A stretch of 64,000 bases of DNA from an uncultured delta proteobacterium (GTDB lineage Bacteria; Myxococcota_A; Polyangia; Haliangiales; Haliangiaceae): assembly GCA_963848295.1 (NCBI GenBank), contig CAWKDB010000010.1, positions 2,496,001 through 2,560,000 on the forward strand, written 5' to 3'. The stretch's first letter is position 1, and each line of letters begins with the position of its first letter. Below are positions 12,144-21,449 of the stretch, piece by piece. Made by a program: the position numbers and the translations under genes. Under the pieces are notes generated by a model. It did no database searches. It was given only the letters and a program-made list of their open reading frames with translations, and had not been told where the DNA came from.

Positions 12144-14087
12144 CTACGGCGCCGGCGCGGTCACCGGCGCGGTCTTGTCGCCGCCGCTCGGCTTGGCTTC
12201 GAGCTCGCGCAGTCTCTTGCGCGCTTCGTCGCGCTCTTTCTCGGCGTCCGCGCGCGAGGCCACGGCGGAATCTCGCTCCTTCTCGGCCGCGGCCTGTGCT
12301 GCCCTCGCCGCTTCGCGCTCTTGCTCGGCGCGGGTCTGGCCCGAGCGCGCCGAATCGCGATCCGCTTCGGCGGCGAGCGCGGCTTGCTTCGCGGTGTCGC
12401 GATCGCGCTCGGCCGCTTCGCGAGCCGTCTTCGCCGCATCGCGCTCGAGGTTGGAGCTCGCGGCCGCTTGGTTCGCGACGTCGCGCTCGTGCTCGGCGTC
12501 CGCGCGCGCGGTGTTCGCCGCGTCGCGTTCCGCGTCGGCGTCCTCTTTCTCTTTCATCGCCTCTTCGAACCGCTTCACCGCCTCGTCCGCGGTGCCTTTC
12601 GCCTGGCTCGCGGCGCTCTCGGCGCTGCGGCGCGCTTCATCGGCCGCGTGGCGCTTGCGCTCCGCATCCTTGCGCAGCGCGTTCGCGTCTTTGCCTTCGC
12701 GTTGCGCTTGCTCGGCCCGTTGGTTCGCCGCATCGGCTTCGCGACTCGCGGTGTCGGCCGCGCGCTCCTTCTCGCTCGCGACGACCTGCGCCGACGCCGC
12801 CACCGACCGCAGCTCGGCTTCTTCGCGCGCCTGCCGCGACCACTGGATCCACACGAGCGCGCCCGCGACCGCCGCCGCGACCATGAACAACATCGCGACG
12901 GTCAGCCCGCGGTGCTTGCGCGACCAGCTCGCGAGCCGGCCGGTCAGCGAGTAGCGATGCGAGAACACGAGATCGCCGGTCAGGTACTGCTTGAGCGCGC
13001 GCACGAGCTCGTCTGCCGTGAACCGCTCGTTCACCTCTCGCGTCATCGCGCGCGCGATGATTCCCGACAGCTCCGGATCGCGCGGCATCGCGGGCGGCGC
13101 CGTCTCGGTCGACTCGAGCCACGAGAAGAACTTCTCGATCTGGCGCGTGCGCTCGCCGGGCCCATCGACCTGCTCCCACTGAAACGGCGTGCGGCCCGAC
13201 ACGACCTCGTACAGCGTGATCCCGAAGCTGTAGACGTCGAAGCTCGGATCGGCGCGCCGGCCCTGGCTCTGCTCGAGTGGCAGGTACGGCGGCGTACCGG
13301 CGGCGACCGTGACCATCCGGCCGCTCGTCGACGGCGCCTCGTCGGTCAACACCGGATCGCTGCCGACCGGCGCATCGAGATCGCGCGCGATGCCCCAATC
13401 GATCAGCGTCGCCTCGCCGCGCTTGCCGAGCAGGATATTATTCGGCGTGCAATCGCGATGCACGATCCGGCGTTCGTGGGCGTACGCGAGCGCCTCCGCG
13501 ATGGCGACGAGGTTCGACAACAGCTCGAGCCGCTCGCGCGTCTTCGGCTTGCCCGGCGTCTCCTGCGCCGCGAGCTCGTCGAGCCGATCGCGCAGCGACA
13601 CGCCCTCGACCCGCTGCAGCACGCAGAACGGCCAGCCGACGCTCGCCTTGCCGAGCTCGTAGATCGTGACGATCGCGGGATGTTGCAGCTTCGCCAGGAT
13701 CCGCGCCTCTGCGGTGACCCGGCGTTGGAACATCTCGGCCATCCCGGGCGCGAGGTCGTCGCCTTCGCGCGGCGCCTTGAGGATGACCGTGCGGCCGAGC
13801 CGGCGATCCTCGCCGGCGAACACCTGCGCCATGCCGCCGCGCGCGAGCGGATCTGCGGGCCAGCGAAACGCGTTCTCGCTGACCAGCCCCTTCGGCAGAT
13901 CGAGCGGAATCGGCACGTCATCGGCGGATACGATCGAGCGGCACATCGAGCAGCGCTCGAGGTGCAAGCTGATCTTCGGGTGCGATGGATCGCGCAGCTC
14001 GGCCATCGTCGGGTGTGGCCCGGACGCGAGGCCCAGCTCCGTGGCGTCGGTCTCCATGCCGGTAATGTACCGCTGCTCATCGCTCAT
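12144..14087 (-). CDS. Ser/Thr kinase with zf-HC2-like N-terminus, TM helix and long coiled coil
   Basis: HLERCSMC; ARGGMA, ILK, HRDCTPNN, DWG, GTPPYLPLEQ; TM; 14-aa periodic Ala/Glu/Arg tail. Confidence 0.88.
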   Translation of the reverse strand: MSDEQRYITGMETDATELGLASGPHPTMAELRDPSHPKISLHLERCSMCRSIVSADDVPIPLDLPKGLVSENAFRWPADPLARGGMAQVFAGEDRRLGRTVILKAPREGDDLAPGMAEMFQRRVTAEARILAKLQHPAIVTIYELGKASVGWPFCVLQRVEGVSLRDRLDELAAQETPGKPKTRERLELLSNLVAIAEALAYAHERRIVHRDCTPNNILLGKRGEATLIDWGIARDLDAPVGSDPVLTDEAPSTSGRMVTVAAGTPPYLPLEQSQGRRADPSFDVYSFGITLYEVVSGRTPFQWEQVDGPGERTRQIEKFFSWLESTETAPPAMPRDPELSGIIARAMTREVNERFTADELVRALKQYLTGDLVFSHRYSLTGRLASWSRKHRGLTVAMLFMVAAAVAGALVWIQWSRQAREEAELRSVAASAQVVASEKERAADTASREADAANQRAEQAQREGKDANALRKDAERKRHAADEARRSAESAASQAKGTADEAVKRFEEAMKEKEDADAERDAANTARADAEHERDVANQAAASSNLERDAAKTAREAAERDRDTAKQAALAAEADRDSARSGQTRAEQEREAARAAQAAAEKERDSAVASRADAEKERDEARKRLRELEAKPSGGDKTAPVTAPAP

Positions 14088-14143
14088 CGAGAATTAACAG
14101 CCACGCTCTGTCGTTGCAGCCCAACCAGGTAGGATTGCCCGAG

Positions 14144-16192
14144 ATGCGTGCACTCGTTTCGGCGATCGCCGCGATGCTGGTCGGTTGTGGCGGCCACGTG
14201 CCGGCTGCCACGACACCGAAGCCTGCGCCCCACGCTACTCCGCCGGCGACACCGCACGCGCTCGGCCACCCATCGACGACGCTGCCCGATCGGTTGGCGT
14301 TCTTCACGAACGCGACGTACACACAGGTCCGGCTGTCGCCGGACGGCAAGCGGCTGCTGTGGATCGGCCCGCGCAACAACGTGATGCTGTTGTGGGTGAG
14401 CGCGATCGACGACCTCAAGCACGCGGCGATGGTCACGACCGATACGACCCGGCCGGTGACGACCGCGCTGTGGACGGCCGACGGCAAGCACGTGCTCTAC
14501 GTCCAGGATCCGAACGGCGATGGCAACGTCCACGTGTTTCGCTACGACCTCGATGACTCGAAGGTCACCGATCTCGTCCCGATCAAAGGCGCGCGCATCG
14601 ATCTGCTCGCGGTCGGCCCGCGCCATCCGAACACGGTCATGGTCGGCATCAACGATCGAGACGCATCGATCGACGACATCTACGAGGTCGACATCCGCAC
14701 CGGCGATCGCAAGCGAGTCGTCCAGAACGACGAGAAGCTGACGACGATCATCATCGATTGGGACCTGAAGGTCCGGCTCGGCGGCAAGCAGCTGCCGGAT
14801 GGCTCGGTCCAGATCTTGGTGCTCGGCGCGAAGGGCTGGTCGCCGTGGGACACGATCAGCGCCGACGAACGCGACGGCGTGCGCATCCTCGGGATCGACT
14901 TCGCCGGCACGCACGCGTTCATGATCGACACGCGCAATCGCGATACCGCCGCGTTGGTGTCGGTCGACATCAAGACGAAGAAGCGGAAGCTGCTCGCCGA
15001 GGACCCGCACCTCGATATCGCGCAGGCGTTCGCGAATCCGTCCGACGGCGAGATTGGGGCGGTCGCGTTCACCGATCTCGCGACGACCTGGCGCGCGGTC
15101 GATCCGAGCGTCGCCGCCGACATCGCCGGCCTCGACAAGGTCACGGATGGCGGCTGGGAGATCACGTCGGCGACCCGCGACGGTCAGACCTGGCTCGTCG
15201 CGTACGGCAGCGACATCCAGAGTGGCAAGTACTACTTGTGGAACCGCAAGACCAAGACCGCCACCTACGTGTTCTCGATGACGCCGGAGCTCGACGCGCT
15301 GCACCTCGCGCACACGCATGCGTGGAAGATCAAGGCGCGCGACGGCCTGGCGCTGAGCGCGTTCACGACCGTGCCGCACGAACACGACGCGGCGAACACC
15401 GGCGTCCCCGACCATCCGCTGCCGACGGTGATGATCGTCCAAGCCGACAATCAGACGCGCGTCTCGGTGTCCTACGACCCGCTCCCGCAGTTGCTCGCGA
15501 GCCGCGGCTACGTCGTGCTCGCGGTCAACGCGCGCGGCACCGACGGCTACGGCAAGAAGTTCTCGCGCGCCGGCGATCGCGAGTGGGGCGGCGCGATCGA
15601 GCAAGACCTGTTCGACACCGTCGCGTGGGCAGTCGCCCAGCACATCGCCGACCCGGCGAAGATCGCGATCCTCGGCGCGAACTACGGCGGCTTCGCCGCG
15701 GTCACCGCACTCGAACAGGCCCCCGAGACGTTCGCATGCGCGGTCGACATCCTCGGGCCGATGAACCTCAACACGTTCGCCCGCGTCACCGCGCCGCAGT
15801 ACGCATCGCTGTTCTTGCGCAAGATCGGGGACCCGACGACGCCCGGGGGCAGCGCGAAGCTCGACGCGATCTCGCCGTCCAGCCACGCCGACGCGATCAG
15901 GAAGCCGCTGCTCGTGTTTCACAGCAGCGAAAAGGCCGCCGGCAGCGACACCGCAACGCTCGTCGACAACCTCCATCGGCGCGGCGTGCCGGTCAGCTTC
16001 CTCGAGTTCCCAGACGAGGCGCTGACGATCACCCGACCCGAGAACAACCTCGCGATGCTCGGCGCGGTCGAAGCGTACTTGTCCGCGCAGCTCGGCGGCA
16101 CGTTCGAGCCGATGACGCCCGAGGTGCTCGCCGCGTCGTCGATCAAAGCGATCGTCGGCGGCGAGGGCGTTCCTGGTCTATCCGGTCAGTGA
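14144..16192 (+). CDS. S9 (prolyl oligopeptidase/acylaminoacyl peptidase) family lipoprotein, probably catalytically inactive
   Basis: Lipobox LVGC; propeller plus hydrolase domain (LASRGYVVLAVNARGTDGYGK, EWG); nucleophile elbow reads GANYGG. Confidence 0.88.
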   Translation: MRALVSAIAAMLVGCGGHVPAATTPKPAPHATPPATPHALGHPSTTLPDRLAFFTNATYTQVRLSPDGKRLLWIGPRNNVMLLWVSAIDDLKHAAMVTTDTTRPVTTALWTADGKHVLYVQDPNGDGNVHVFRYDLDDSKVTDLVPIKGARIDLLAVGPRHPNTVMVGINDRDASIDDIYEVDIRTGDRKRVVQNDEKLTTIIIDWDLKVRLGGKQLPDGSVQILVLGAKGWSPWDTISADERDGVRILGIDFAGTHAFMIDTRNRDTAALVSVDIKTKKRKLLAEDPHLDIAQAFANPSDGEIGAVAFTDLATTWRAVDPSVAADIAGLDKVTDGGWEITSATRDGQTWLVAYGSDIQSGKYYLWNRKTKTATYVFSMTPELDALHLAHTHAWKIKARDGLALSAFTTVPHEHDAANTGVPDHPLPTVMIVQADNQTRVSVSYDPLPQLLASRGYVVLAVNARGTDGYGKKFSRAGDREWGGAIEQDLFDTVAWAVAQHIADPAKIAILGANYGGFAAVTALEQAPETFACAVDILGPMNLNTFARVTAPQYASLFLRKIGDPTTPGGSAKLDAISPSSHADAIRKPLLVFHSSEKAAGSDTATLVDNLHRRGVPVSFLEFPDEALTITRPENNLAMLGAVEAYLSAQLGGTFEPMTPEVLAASSIKAIVGGEGVPGLSGQ

Positions 16193-16198
16193 TGGCGT

Positions 16199-17566
16199 TT
16201 AGTGATCGCAGTCGGGGCCGTGGACGTGGCCCTCTTCGCCGTGCGCGGGCGCATCCGGCAGCGGCGTGCCCTGCTGGGTCAGCTTGTCGACCTCGGTGAT
16301 CTTCGCGTTCGCGACGAGGAAGCCGAGCACCTTCTCCTGGCGCAGCGAGTACGTCACGCCATCGATCCGGCCATCGCGCTGCCACTCGGCGCGTAGCTTC
16401 GCCGGCGGCATGTTGCGCTGCTTCGCGGTGAGGTCGATGTGCTTGTCGAGCTCTTCGTCGGTGACGGTCAGGCCTTCGGCATCGGCGATCGCCTCGAGCA
16501 GCAGCTGGCCGCGCACCTCGTCGGCGCCGGCCGGCCGGATCTTCTCGCGCAGATCGTCGGTCAGCCCGGCGGTGCCGCGCTCCGGCTTCATCCCGAGCAT
16601 CTGGCGCAGCCGCTGGTACTGCATCTCGACCGCGCGCTCGACGAGCGACGCCGCGACCGGGATCTGGTTCGCCTTGATCAGCTCGCGCAACGCGCCCTCG
16701 CGCGCCTCGCGATCGATGACCTCTTGCTCGCGATCCTCGAGGTCTTTGCGCAACGCCGCGCGCAGCCCGTCGAGCGTCTCGGCCTTGCCGGTGTCCTTCG
16801 CGAATTCATCGTCGAGCGCCGGCACGTCTTTCGCGCGGACCTCGATCACGGTCGCGATCAGATCGGCCTTGCGCCCGCGCAGCTGCTCGTCTTTGTGGTC
16901 CTCTGGGATCGCGATCTCGAGGTGGAGATCCTTCGACGCGATCGGAATCCCGGTCAGCGCCGCGCGAATCCCCGGCATCGGCTCGCGCTCGGCGTCGTCG
17001 AGATCGACCGCGAACTGTGGCTGGTTGACCTCGTGCTCGCCGATCTTGCCGACGACGCTGAGCCCGACGATGTCACCCGCCTGCGTGACCTCGCGGCCCT
17101 CGATCGGACGCAGCTCGGTGTGCTCGCGCTGCAGCGCCTGCAGCGCCTCTTCGACCGCGCTGTCCGGAATCGCGAGCTTGCGCCGCTCGATCGGCAGCCC
17201 CTTGTAGTCTTTCGGCGTGACCTCGCCGCGGACCTCGATGATCGCGGCGAACGTGAACGGCTGGCCCTTCTTGATCGGCGCAGCCTCTTCGACGCGCGGC
17301 TCGGCGACGGCTTCGAGCGAGTGCTCCTGGTTCGCCTTGAAGAACGACTCGCGGACGAGCTCGTAAGCGACCTCGGCGTGAACGCGCTGGCCGTAGACCT
17401 GCTCGAGCACCGGCCGCGGCACCTTGCCTTTGCGGAAGCCCTTGAGCGCCACGTCCTTGCCGAGCGCGCGATACGCGTTACCGAGCTTCTCGCTGACGGT
17501 CTCCCACGGGACCTCGACGAACATCTTCTTCTCGACCGGGGATACGTCTTCGATGCGAACCTGCAT
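16199..17566 (-). CDS. tig: Trigger factor
   Basis: KGFRKGKVP ribosome-binding motif, FKBP-like domain, PALDDEFAK. Confidence 0.96.
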   Translation of the reverse strand: MQVRIEDVSPVEKKMFVEVPWETVSEKLGNAYRALGKDVALKGFRKGKVPRPVLEQVYGQRVHAEVAYELVRESFFKANQEHSLEAVAEPRVEEAAPIKKGQPFTFAAIIEVRGEVTPKDYKGLPIERRKLAIPDSAVEEALQALQREHTELRPIEGREVTQAGDIVGLSVVGKIGEHEVNQPQFAVDLDDAEREPMPGIRAALTGIPIASKDLHLEIAIPEDHKDEQLRGRKADLIATVIEVRAKDVPALDDEFAKDTGKAETLDGLRAALRKDLEDREQEVIDREAREGALRELIKANQIPVAASLVERAVEMQYQRLRQMLGMKPERGTAGLTDDLREKIRPAGADEVRGQLLLEAIADAEGLTVTDEELDKHIDLTAKQRNMPPAKLRAEWQRDGRIDGVTYSLRQEKVLGFLVANAKITEVDKLTQQGTPLPDAPAHGEEGHVHGPDCDH

Positions 17567-17684
17567 GGGCAGAGTTGGTTACCACAGCCTCGACGACGGC
17601 GGATCTGCGAACCGCGGCCAATCGCGAGCCTGGCGTAAGCGCCTGGGGCGAACCGGGATCCTCGGTGTGCGGCGCCGGATCGAT

Positions 17685-18980
17685 CTACGTCGGCGGCGCG
17701 CTCGGGTCGAGGACATGGCCCATGAACAAGACGAGGCCCGTCGCCTTATCGATGACGAAGAAGGCGAACGGGTGATCGGCGACGAACGTGGTGCTCGGCG
17801 GCGCCGCGCCGGCCGCGGCGACCACGACCGCGGTAGCGGCGGCCGCCTCGGTGCCCTTCTCGTCGACCTTGACGAACGCCTTGTGGAACACCGACGCGAC
17901 GTACAGTCGATCCTCCGGGGTCGACGCGGGCGCGATGCCCGTCAAGTCGGCGAGCTTCTTGTCGAACACGAGCGGCATGCCGAGCTCGGCGAGCGGCTTG
18001 GACAGCTCGGTCGACTCGCCACCGGCGATCTCGAAGCGAGGCAACGACACGTTGACCCCGTCGGGCTTGAGCGCGGCCAGCCATGCCGACAACTTGCTCG
18101 CGTTCGCGGTCGCTTCGAGCTTGGCAAGACCGTCGATCGCGTCCGGTAGGACGATGAGCATCGCGGTCTCGCCGCCCTTGTACGGCAGCTCGAGGACCGC
18201 TGCGCCGTCGACCTTGGCGTACGACGAGCCCTCGCCGTGCATCATCTTGACCGGCTTCTTCGTCGCCGCGGTCAGGCGAAACGGTTCGTCGGTGGTGTAG
18301 TTCGGCGAGAACGGGGTCTGCCAATCCGCGAGGAAATAGATCGCGTTGACCAGCACGAGCCGCGTCAGCGCGTCGATCGAGCGCGGTGGCATCAGGTCGG
18401 TGATGCGCTTGCCGGTCTGCTCGGCGACCCAGCCGTTGATCTGGGCGCGCGCGGCCTCGGCACCCCCGACGAAATCGAGCTGCTCGAGCGGCGCGCCGAA
18501 CTCATCCTTGGTCTGATCGAGGAACGCCTGCTCGACGTGAAATGCCTTCGACGCGAACAGTCGGTTCGCGATGCGGAGCGTGACCGAGCGCTTGGGGTCC
18601 TGGAGCGCGCGTGCGAATTGACCCCAGCTCGCGGGTCCGTCGGCGTCGCTGAGGTGAAACACCTTGGCGATCTGCGCGGCGGTCTCGCCCTTGGCGCCGA
18701 GCGCGGTCATCGCGAACGCGATCGAGATGCTCGCCGGCGAGAAGGCTTGATTCACCGGCTTGGCGATCCGGTGCCACAGCTCGAACCCTAACGCATTGCT
18801 GCCGTCGGACAGAGCGCGAGCGTCAGCCGGCATCGCCGCGCTCTGAGTCGAAGGTGGCGCTGGCACAGGAGCCACCGGCGTCGGCTTTGGTGCGGCAACC
18901 GGCGCCGGATCCGGCTTCGGCGCCGGCTTTGAATTGCATGCCAGGAGGAGTAGCGCGGTAACGACACCCAGGGTTCGCAT
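17685..18980 (-). CDS. Serpin (lipoprotein)
   Basis: FSPASI, INGWVAEQTGKRI, LVNAIYF, VDEKGTEAAAAT hinge, FVADHPF; lipobox LLAC. Confidence 0.95.
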   Translation of the reverse strand: MRTLGVVTALLLLACNSKPAPKPDPAPVAAPKPTPVAPVPAPPSTQSAAMPADARALSDGSNALGFELWHRIAKPVNQAFSPASISIAFAMTALGAKGETAAQIAKVFHLSDADGPASWGQFARALQDPKRSVTLRIANRLFASKAFHVEQAFLDQTKDEFGAPLEQLDFVGGAEAARAQINGWVAEQTGKRITDLMPPRSIDALTRLVLVNAIYFLADWQTPFSPNYTTDEPFRLTAATKKPVKMMHGEGSSYAKVDGAAVLELPYKGGETAMLIVLPDAIDGLAKLEATANASKLSAWLAALKPDGVNVSLPRFEIAGGESTELSKPLAELGMPLVFDKKLADLTGIAPASTPEDRLYVASVFHKAFVKVDEKGTEAAAATAVVVAAAGAAPPSTTFVADHPFAFFVIDKATGLVLFMGHVLDPSAPPT

Positions 18981-19017
18981 GGCGCGGACGATAACGCGGG
19001 CGAACGTCGTCGTGCGG

Positions 19018-19905
19018 CTACCGGCGCATCCGATACGTCGGCTCGTTGCCGACGGGCTCGCCCGGCTCGAGCAGATCGCCGAGGCCGTAGAGCTCGAGCT
19101 TGCGGACGAGGAGCTCCATGAACGTCACCGCGTCGGCGACATCGAGCAGTTGGCCGAGAGCCCGTGCGGTCATGGCCGACGCCTCGCCGAGCGCGTTGAG
19201 CGCACGACGCTCGCGCGCGTCGATGTGGAAATCGGCCGGCACGATGCGCTCGACGAGGCGGCCGAGCTGCGCCGACACGTGTGGTGCGAGCCCTAGCCGG
19301 ACGACCGCCGATTGCGCGCCCGAGCCCGACGAGTAGCCGAGCGCGGTCCGCACGAGCGGCTGTTGTTGCGCGGTCCTTGTGTGGCGCCGCGGCATCGGCG
19401 TGACCCGGATGCCCGGATTCGAAGGTGCGATGGCGCCGGCCTGCGGCTGCGACGACGTCGCCGGATAGTGTTGCGCGCTCGGCACCGTCTGGATCTGCGT
19501 CGCCGATAGCTGCTGCGGGACGCGCGAGGCCGCGACCGGGGCGATCCGATCGACCGCGGTCTCGCGGAGGTGCGGTCGCTGCGGCAGGATCCGCGGCGCG
19601 CCCGGGCCCCAGTTCGCGGTGGTCTCGCGATCGAAGGTCGGTTCTTCGTCGGCGAGCCGCGGTGGATTGCCTCTCGAGCCCGAGACCCGGCGCGCGGCAT
19701 CCTCGAGCATCGCCTTGACCTCTTGCGCTCGCCCGCCCGGATCTTCGCCGACGTGAATGCCCCACGGGCCGTTGTGATCGACCCCCGCCGGCCCGACGCC
19801 GAGCTCCTGGCCGTGCAGCATGATCGTCGGTCGCGTCTGGTCGCGGCTGTCGGCGTAGGCGCGCATCAGCACGCGCTGCTCGGCCCACTTCTCGGCGACG
19901 ACCAT
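19018..19905 (-). CDS. Hypothetical protein with C-terminal winged-helix-like domain
   Basis: 3' part of ORF 19018-20883; C-terminus ERRALNALGE..MTARALGQLL...PTYR. Confidence 0.6.
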   Translation of the reverse strand: MVVAEKWAEQRVLMRAYADSRDQTRPTIMLHGQELGVGPAGVDHNGPWGIHVGEDPGGRAQEVKAMLEDAARRVSGSRGNPPRLADEEPTFDRETTANWGPGAPRILPQRPHLRETAVDRIAPVAASRVPQQLSATQIQTVPSAQHYPATSSQPQAGAIAPSNPGIRVTPMPRRHTRTAQQQPLVRTALGYSSGSGAQSAVVRLGLAPHVSAQLGRLVERIVPADFHIDARERRALNALGEASAMTARALGQLLDVADAVTFMELLVRKLELYGLGDLLEPGEPVGNEPTYRMRR

Positions 19906-20029
19906 CACGGATCGGTAGTGACTCGGGCGCGCGGCTGGACTGCGCAGCCAGTCGTCGATGATCCGGATCTGGGCCACGGCTCCGCGACATCTTACCAAGC
20001 GCGCCACGGTCGTGGCAGCCTTGGGCCGC

Positions 20030-20905
20030 ATGACCGACCGCACGACCGACGTTCGCCACCCGTGGCTCGAGTGGCTCGCGCTCGCGGTCGGCGTGATCGC
20101 GCTGGTTGCCACCGGGTCGGGCTGGGGCGCGGTGCTCGGCGGGCTCACGCTCGCAGGCGCGGTTCGCGCGGCGCGTGCCGTCGTGCCGAAGCAACCGGCG
20201 GCTGCGACGATCGGGCCGATGTTACTTTTCATGGCCCCGGCGTTTCGCGAGGCGATCGGCTCGCCCGCGATGCTCGCCGCGTGCGGCACCGCGTGGACCG
20301 CCGCCTGTGCCGCGGACTTCGCGCGTACCCGAGACGCACGGCGCGGGCTAGCGGCACTCGCGTGCACCGGCATCGTGATCGGTAGCGAGCCGTGGCTGGG
20401 TGGGCTGCTCGCGATCGTCGTCGCGATCTGGCTCGTGCGCAGCGCGGTCATAGTGATCGGGCACGTCGTCGCGATCGTCGGCCTGCTCGGCGGGCTCGGC
20501 GTCGCGCTTTGGATCGGCGGGTTGCCGGAGCTCTCGCCGCAGCTCGCGCCGCTCGTCGCTGCCTCCGGCGCGGGCGCGACCGCGGTGCTCGTCGGCTCTG
20601 GCCTGCTCGGCGCCGGCTTCGCGGCGGTCACCGCGCATCCCGCCTCGCGGCTCGTCGTCGCGCTCGTCGCTGCATGCGCGTTGCATGCCGTGGTGGTCGC
20701 CGAGGGCGTCGCGCCGTTGCTCGTCGCGTTCGCGATCGCGGTGGCGGTGATCCCGGCTGCGGTCGCGCGCGCGCTGCCACCTGCGCGAGAGCTCGTCGCG
20801 GTCGCGGCAGGCGTGCCGCTCGTCGTCGCGGCGGCGCTGGCCGGCGTCTCGGCGCAAGCTTCGGGGCCCGAGCAAGGTGTCAAAGGTTACTCCGTCCCCA
20901 GGTAA
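20030..20905 (+). CDS. Hypothetical multi-pass membrane protein
   Basis: Many hydrophobic Ala/Val/Leu helices. Confidence 0.6.
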   Translation: MTDRTTDVRHPWLEWLALAVGVIALVATGSGWGAVLGGLTLAGAVRAARAVVPKQPAAATIGPMLLFMAPAFREAIGSPAMLAACGTAWTAACAADFARTRDARRGLAALACTGIVIGSEPWLGGLLAIVVAIWLVRSAVIVIGHVVAIVGLLGGLGVALWIGGLPELSPQLAPLVAASGAGATAVLVGSGLLGAGFAAVTAHPASRLVVALVAACALHAVVVAEGVAPLLVAFAIAVAVIPAAVARALPPARELVAVAAGVPLVVAAALAGVSAQASGPEQGVKGYSVPR

Positions 20906-20932
20906 GTGCGCGATCAGGATAGAGTCTGGGGC

Positions 20933-21448
20933 GTGCGCCTCGCCGTTGTCGTCGCTACGGTCCTCGCGAGCGGCAGCGCCCGCGCCGACGAGATCCAGGC
21001 CGACCTGGGCCTCAGCGTGGTCGGGCTCGGCTACGAGCGCACGGTGGCGCCGCAACTCACGCTCGGGATCGCCGGCGAGCTCATGGGCACGTGGTTCGGG
21101 CCGTACTTCGACAAGCCATGGCTCGGCGGGCTCGGCGTCGGCTTGCGCGCGACCTGGTTTCCGCACGGGCGGGCGCCGTATGGGTTGTACATCGCCCCGT
21201 ACTTTCGGCTGATCGACGTGTCGGCGACGCAGGATTCCGACGGTCACGCTGCGAGCTCCGGCTCGCAGCCGGGTTGGACAGGCGGCATCTTCGCGGGTGA
21301 ATCGTTCGCGTTGCCGCTGCACCTCAACGTGCGGCTCGGCGTCGGCATCCAGTACATCGATCTGTCGGGGCCCACCGGCCCGTTGACCGAGATCGCTTTT
21401 CGCTCGGTGTTCCCGGCGCTCGATCTCGTCGTCGGTTACGCTTTCTAA
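20933..21448 (+). CDS. Small outer-membrane beta-barrel protein
   Basis: Signal peptide, amphipathic strands, C-terminal VGYAF; TAGAGT 7 nt before the GTG. Confidence 0.75.
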   Translation: MRLAVVVATVLASGSARADEIQADLGLSVVGLGYERTVAPQLTLGIAGELMGTWFGPYFDKPWLGGLGVGLRATWFPHGRAPYGLYIAPYFRLIDVSATQDSDGHAASSGSQPGWTGGIFAGESFALPLHLNVRLGVGIQYIDLSGPTGPLTEIAFRSVFPALDLVVGYAF

Positions 21449-21449
21449 G

